A DNA stretch of 64,000 bases from assembly GCA_965649825.1 (NCBI GenBank), contig OZ287694.1, positions 1,487,197 to 1,551,196 of the forward strand. The letters are read 5' to 3'. The stretch's first letter is position 1, and each line of letters opens with the position of its first letter. The translations under genes were made by a program, and so were the position numbers. The notes beneath the pieces are model-generated. The model searched no databases, had not been told where the DNA came from, and saw nothing but the letters and a program-made list of their open reading frames with translations. Below are positions 62,167 to 64,000 of this stretch, piece by piece. The DNA comes from Penicillus capitatus (lineage: Eukaryota > Plantae > Chlorophyta).

Positions 62167-64000
62167 ATGTCCAATCATTACGTCTTTTTCGGTGGCGAAA
62201 ACGGAGTCAGGGAATCTGCCGAGTGGTCCAGTAGACGGAGTGCAAACGAAAGAACACTGGAAGAAGAGACGAATAGAGACGCATTAACACAAGGTGCCTC
62301 ATAGCTACTGCGAGACACAATTCATGCTCTCTTCCTTCAGGATACGTCAACGGCATCTCCATAGTGACACGCACTGACATCCACGTTCCCTTCTGGACTG
62401 ATCAAACAGCGACGGAGTAAGACATGAGCATCTCGGGGAGACGGACCGAGTGCGTGTGTTCGTGCAGGCTGATTGCCGAACACGGCACCAGAGTCATCCA
62501 TGCCAGCAACAGCAACGGCGTCCCTCTGATGTGCGACGCCATCGTCCACGAACAGCTGCATAGCGCAAAACTATTGAGGGACTTTGCCAGTGAGCACGAT
62601 CTTTTCGTCGACGTCGACCATGGGGGGTGTCCCACTCTGGACTGGGCCATGAGGACAAGATCTGATGACGTGGCCAAGTTTGTCTTGGATTCCCTGGCAG
62701 AGAAGCTTCTGTCAGTGGAGGAATCTCGTGCCATCCTGACGAACTACTTGTCCCCGCTGATGGAACAGTTCCCAGAATTGATAGCAGACTATTTGGAGAA
62801 CGATAAGTTCTCATTCGAGTACGGTAGATTCAGTGTGCCCTACACGCTGTTCGAGAAGAACGGCAAGTGTCCGATCGCTATGACGACGGACGAGGAATTG
62901 GGCGACTGGACGATGCCGGACAGTGCAGCAACGAAAGACTTCTGGATGCGCAACAGCGAAGAGCAGCACACGACAGAGATGGCCAAGACATCAGACGTCC
63001 ACGTCGACGTGATCGCAAAGTTCCTCTGCATCGATCTGAACTGTATCCGATTCAGTTATTGCAGTCTCTGGAAGCCGTGGAAACGGTTTTGTTGTCCGAG
63101 GAATCTGTTGGGACAGCTGGCAGCGTCCAATCTTCCAATCCGTGCTTTCAGATCGGAGTCCTTTCAAACATTTTCCAACTGGGTCTTCTACTCACTCTTC
63201 AGTCGATTCATCTGTCTCCTGATTCTGGACACTCTGGCAGCTGTCCTCTTCTCACACGTCACACTGATCTATGGACTTGGACATGGAGACGACGATGGAT
63301 GGGAGAAATGGCTCTCCTTTTCCTTCATTAGTGCGACTTTCTTGATATCTCTGTTCACACTGTGGCTCGTCCGTTGCTCGGTGATCAAGTGAGTCACTCA
63401 CTCATCAGTAGGGATACGTCAAGGTCTGACGGTCGTGCGATGCAGATTGCTCAACGTATTGGTCACTCTGTTGCTGGTCATTCACGTCTTCCAGTATTCA
63501 GAACAGAGCCAGTATTCTGCCTTCTTAACCTCCATCGAGTGCATTCTCTGCTGGATCCTGGTAACCCATTTCCAATCCCTCGTGCATTGATGACTGATTT
63601 CGCTTTCTGTACGTGCATGTTCATACAGATCGTCGAGGCTCTGCGGCCCTTCGACAGCATTGGACACTTCGTCTCCGTGGTCATCTACTCGTTCAGAGCT
63701 ATCATACCTTTCTGCGTCCTTGGCGCATCTGTCTTGTTTGGTTTCGCTTTCTCCTTCCGAATTCTCTTTAATCTGAAGTTCTATAATGATACCCACAGCG
63801 ACGGCGGAGCACCAGGACCAGACGAGACGCTTACGGCGACTGTCGACGAACTTGATACCAGCAGTGATGGCGGAGCACCAGAACCAGGACCAGACGAGAT
63901 GCTTACGGCGATTGCCAACAACACTGGATGTCCAGTAAACAATGACGACTATGGAGACCTCAGCTCTTTCTTTCATGTCCTGAAGCTCCTCTTTCAGGCA
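62167..64000 (+). CDS. TRP-like ankyrin/6-TM cation channel G (runs off the window end in the pore helix)
   Basis: Starts MSNHYVFFGGEN; exon 2 DIHVPFWT. ORF 62424-63392 covers the ankyrin region through S2, followed by S3-S5 exons and an expanded turret before VLKLLFQA. Confidence 0.8.

Overview
Eukaryotic genomic DNA with compact genes and short introns (mostly about 37-60 nt). A chlorophyte green alga is plausible, but that is inference only. The window is dominated by an array of ten ankyrin-repeat, 6-TM, TRP-like cation channel loci (A1, B1, C1, A2, B2, C2, D, E, F, G) plus an inverted 3' fragment of an eleventh. The array was built by nested segmental duplications, including a 23,010-bp-period tandem duplication whose first ~10.4 kb look identical. 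Interleaved are two intracellular-type serpins with strongly diverged reactive-centre loops, an apparently intact CPSF73/CPSF3 gene, and a MATH-MATH-UBL gene that resembles USP7/UBP12 without its catalytic domain. There is also a young 2.64-kb Ty3/Gypsy-like LTR element whose single ORF fuses Gag to integrase with no protease or RT. An intronic minisatellite, several GC-AG introns and degraded remnants of uncertain identity are also present. I saw no rRNA, tRNA or CRISPR array. Domain calls come from motif recognition by eye and need HMM confirmation. Exon structures are hand-derived.
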